From the NCBI RefSeq assembly GCF_009914755.1, contig NC_060927.1: DNA of 64,000 bases. One strand, given 5' to 3'. Shown here one piece after another: positions 61,806 through 64,000 of this stretch; position 1 is the first letter of the stretch, and each line of letters begins with the position of its first letter. The stretch comes from the human T2T-CHM13v2.0 reference genome, Homo sapiens. The notes beneath the pieces were generated by a model. The model ran no database searches, had not been told where the DNA came from, and worked only from the letters and a program-made list of their open reading frames with translations. A program made the translations under genes and the position numbers.

Positions 61806-64000
61806 GAAAGTACATCAAATATATATTTTATTCTGTACATAAAATATCAAAGTACACCAGATATATATTCTATAGTGTACATAAAATATCAAAGTACCCA
61901 AACTATACATTATATACTGTACATAAAATATGAAATTACAGCAAATATATATTATATTAGGTACATAAAATATGAAAGTACATCAAATATAGATTATATA
62001 CTGTACATTAAATACCAAAGTACCCCAAATATATATTTTATACTGTACATGAAATATCAAAGTTCACAAACTATATATTATATACTGTACATAAAATATC
62101 AATGTACCCAAGGTATATATTCTATACTGCACAAAAAATATCAAAGTACCCAAAGCATGTATTATATACTGTAGATAAAATAGGAAAGTACATCAAATAT
62201 ATATTTTATTCTGTACATACAATATCAAAGTACACCAGATATATATTCTATAGTGTACATAAAATAACAAAGTACACAAACTATAAATTATATCCTGTAC
62301 ATAAAATATGAAATTACATCAAATATATATTAGGTACATAAAATATGAAAGTACATCAAATATAGATTTTATACTGTACATTAAGTACCAAAGTACACCA
62401 AATATATATTTTATACTCTACATGAAATATCAAAGTTCACAAACCATATATTATATACTGTGCATAAAATATCAAAGTACCCAAGGTATATATTCTATAC
62501 TGTACAAAAAATATCAAAGTACCCAAAGCATGTATTATATACTATACATAAAATATGAAATTACATCAAATATATATTTTATTCTGTACATAAAATATCA
62601 AAGTACACCAGATATATATTCTATAGTGTACATAAAATATCAAAGTACCCAAACTATACATTATATACTGTACATAAAATGTGAAATTACATCAAATATA
62701 TATTATATTAGGTACATAAAATATGAAAGTACATCAAATATAGATTATATACTGTACATTAAATACCAATATACCCCAAATATATATTTTATACTGTACA
62801 TGAAATATCAAAGTTCACACACTATATATTATATACTGTACATAAAATATCAAAGTACCCAAGGTATATATTCTATACTGTACAAAAGATATCAAAGTAC
62901 CCAAAGCATGTATTATATACTGTACATAAAATATGAAAGTACATCATATATATATTTTATTCTGTACATAAAATATTAAAGTACACCAGATATATATTCT
63001 ATAGTGTACATAAAATATCAAAGTACCAAAACTATACATTATATACTGTACATAAAATATGAAATTACATCAAATATATATTAAGTACATAAAATATGAA
63101 AGTACATCAAATATAGATTATATACTGTACATAAAATATCAATGTACACCAAATATATATTATATACTCTACATGAAATATCAAAGTTCACAAACTATAT
63201 ATTATATACTGTCCATAAAATATCAAAGTACCCAAGGTATATATTCTATACTGTACAAAAAATATCAAAGTACCCAAAGCATGTATTATATACTGTAACT
63301 AAAATATGAAAGTACATCAAATATATATTTTATTCTGTACATAAAATATCAAAGTACACCAGATATATATTCTATAGTGTATATAAAATATCAAAGTACC
63401 CAAACTATATATTATATACTGTACCTAAAATATGAAATTACATCAAATATATATTATATTAGGTACATAAAATATGAAAGTACATCAAATATAGATTATA
63501 TACTGTACATAAAATATCAAAGTACCCCGAATATATATTATATACTCTACATGAAATATCAAAGTTCACAAACTATATATTATATACTGTACATAAAATA
63601 TCAAAGTACCCAAGGTATATATTCTATACTCTACAAAAAATATCAAAGTACCCAAAGCATGTATTATATACTGTATATAAAATAAGAAAGTACATTAAAT
63701 ATATATTTTATTCTGTACATAAAATATCAAAGTACACCAGATATATATTCTATAGTGTACATAAAATAACAAAGTACACAAACTATAAATTATATACTGT
63801 ACATAAAATATGAAATTACATCAAATATATATTAGGTACATAAAATATGAAAGTACTTCAAATGTAGATTATATACTGAACATATAATATCAATGTACCC
63901 CAAATATATATTTGATACTCTACATGAAATATCAAAGTTCAGAAACCATACATTATATACTGTACATAAAATATCAAAGTACCCAAAGTATATATTCTAT
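61806..64000 (+). repeat. Composite: copy of about 1-1075 (offset 61805) joined to a copy of about 37960-39086 (offset 24914)
   Basis: ORF starts 503/62308, 38145/63059 and 38463/63377. The rare variants GTACCAAAACTA, CTGTAACTAAAA, CAAATGTAG and CCAAAGTATATATTC are shared by the second pair. Confidence 0.87.

Larger units (their letters stand above)
1..64000 (+). repeat. Human Satellite 1A (HSat1A / SAR) tandem array: 42-bp monomer, 378-bp 9-mer HOR; about 1,500 monomers; array runs off both window ends
   Basis: Seen: continuous head-to-tail 42-bp units (TGTACATAAAATATCAAAGTAC...), about 79% AT in the consensus monomer, two GTAC (RsaI) sites in most monomers spaced 17 and 25 bp, and nine monomer types recurring every 378 bp. 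Established: classical human satellite 1 is a 42-bp repeat of 17+25 bp RsaI subunits with a dominant 378-bp period. Species and chromosome were not verified. Confidence 0.96.

Noticed and set aside
70-63685. More than 100 + strand ORFs read as a family of repeat-protein genes
   Set aside because: They are translations of the satellite itself. Starts and ends are set by sporadic SNVs and 1-, 5- and 7-bp indels, there is no non-repeat domain or gene context, and stop alleles are amplified.
1-64000. CRISPR-like repeat-spacer array (constant TGTACATAAAATAT plus variable segment)
   Set aside because: The variable parts are homologous to one another and cycle every nine units. There are no unique spacers, leader or cas genes.
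1-64000. Alpha satellite, HSat1B, HSat2/3, telomeric or microsatellite identity
   Set aside because: There is no 171-bp period or CENP-B box, no Alu-containing multi-kb unit, no CATTC pentamer and no TTAGGG. TA runs are only a few units long.
1-64000. TATA-box-like and poly(A)-signal-like motifs
   Set aside because: Expected by chance at about 79% AT and repeated with the satellite; no supporting gene context.
1-64000. Embedded transposon, inversion or unique-sequence island
   Set aside because: None seen on reading through, and the ORF track shows satellite-type translation at regular intervals throughout. A very small insertion could have been missed by eye.
1-64000. Assignment to a specific chromosome or species
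   Set aside because: HSat1A arrays occur on several human chromosomes (e.g. 3, 4, 13 and other acrocentrics). Assignment needs alignment to T2T assemblies, which I cannot run.

Overview
The whole 64 kb window is one uninterrupted, single-orientation tandem array of an AT-rich 42-bp monomer (consensus ACATAAAATATCAAAGTACCCAAACTATATATTATATACTGT, 33/42 A+T). Nine monomer types form a 378-bp higher-order repeat (HOR). Sequence, period and the RsaI 17+25 bp substructure match human/hominid classical Satellite 1A (HSat1A, RepeatMasker name SAR), a pericentromeric and acrocentric heterochromatin satellite; this was recognised from memory, not by a database search. I see no genes, RNA genes, transposon insertions, CRISPR arrays or unique sequence. 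All listed ORFs arise because the 42-bp period (14 codons) leaves one + strand frame free of stops. I found no evidence of a new gene-based biological system. What merits attention is array architecture: recurrent HOR length variants (373, 377, 336, 251/252, 536 bp), register jumps between similar monomers, local 913-bp super-repeats, and a mosaic of 0.7-3 kb blocks copied at irregular offsets (3-62 kb). Monomers are labelled by their pseudo-translation: m1 MKYQSSQTIYYILY, m2 IKYQSTQGIYSILY, m3 KKYQSTQSMYYILY, m4 IKYESTSNIYFILY, m5 IKYQSTPDIYSIVY, m6 IKYQSTQTIHYILY, m7 IKYEITSNIYYIRY, m8 IKYESTSNIDYILY, m9 IKYQSTPNIYYILY. Duplicated-block boundaries were read by eye and are approximate.
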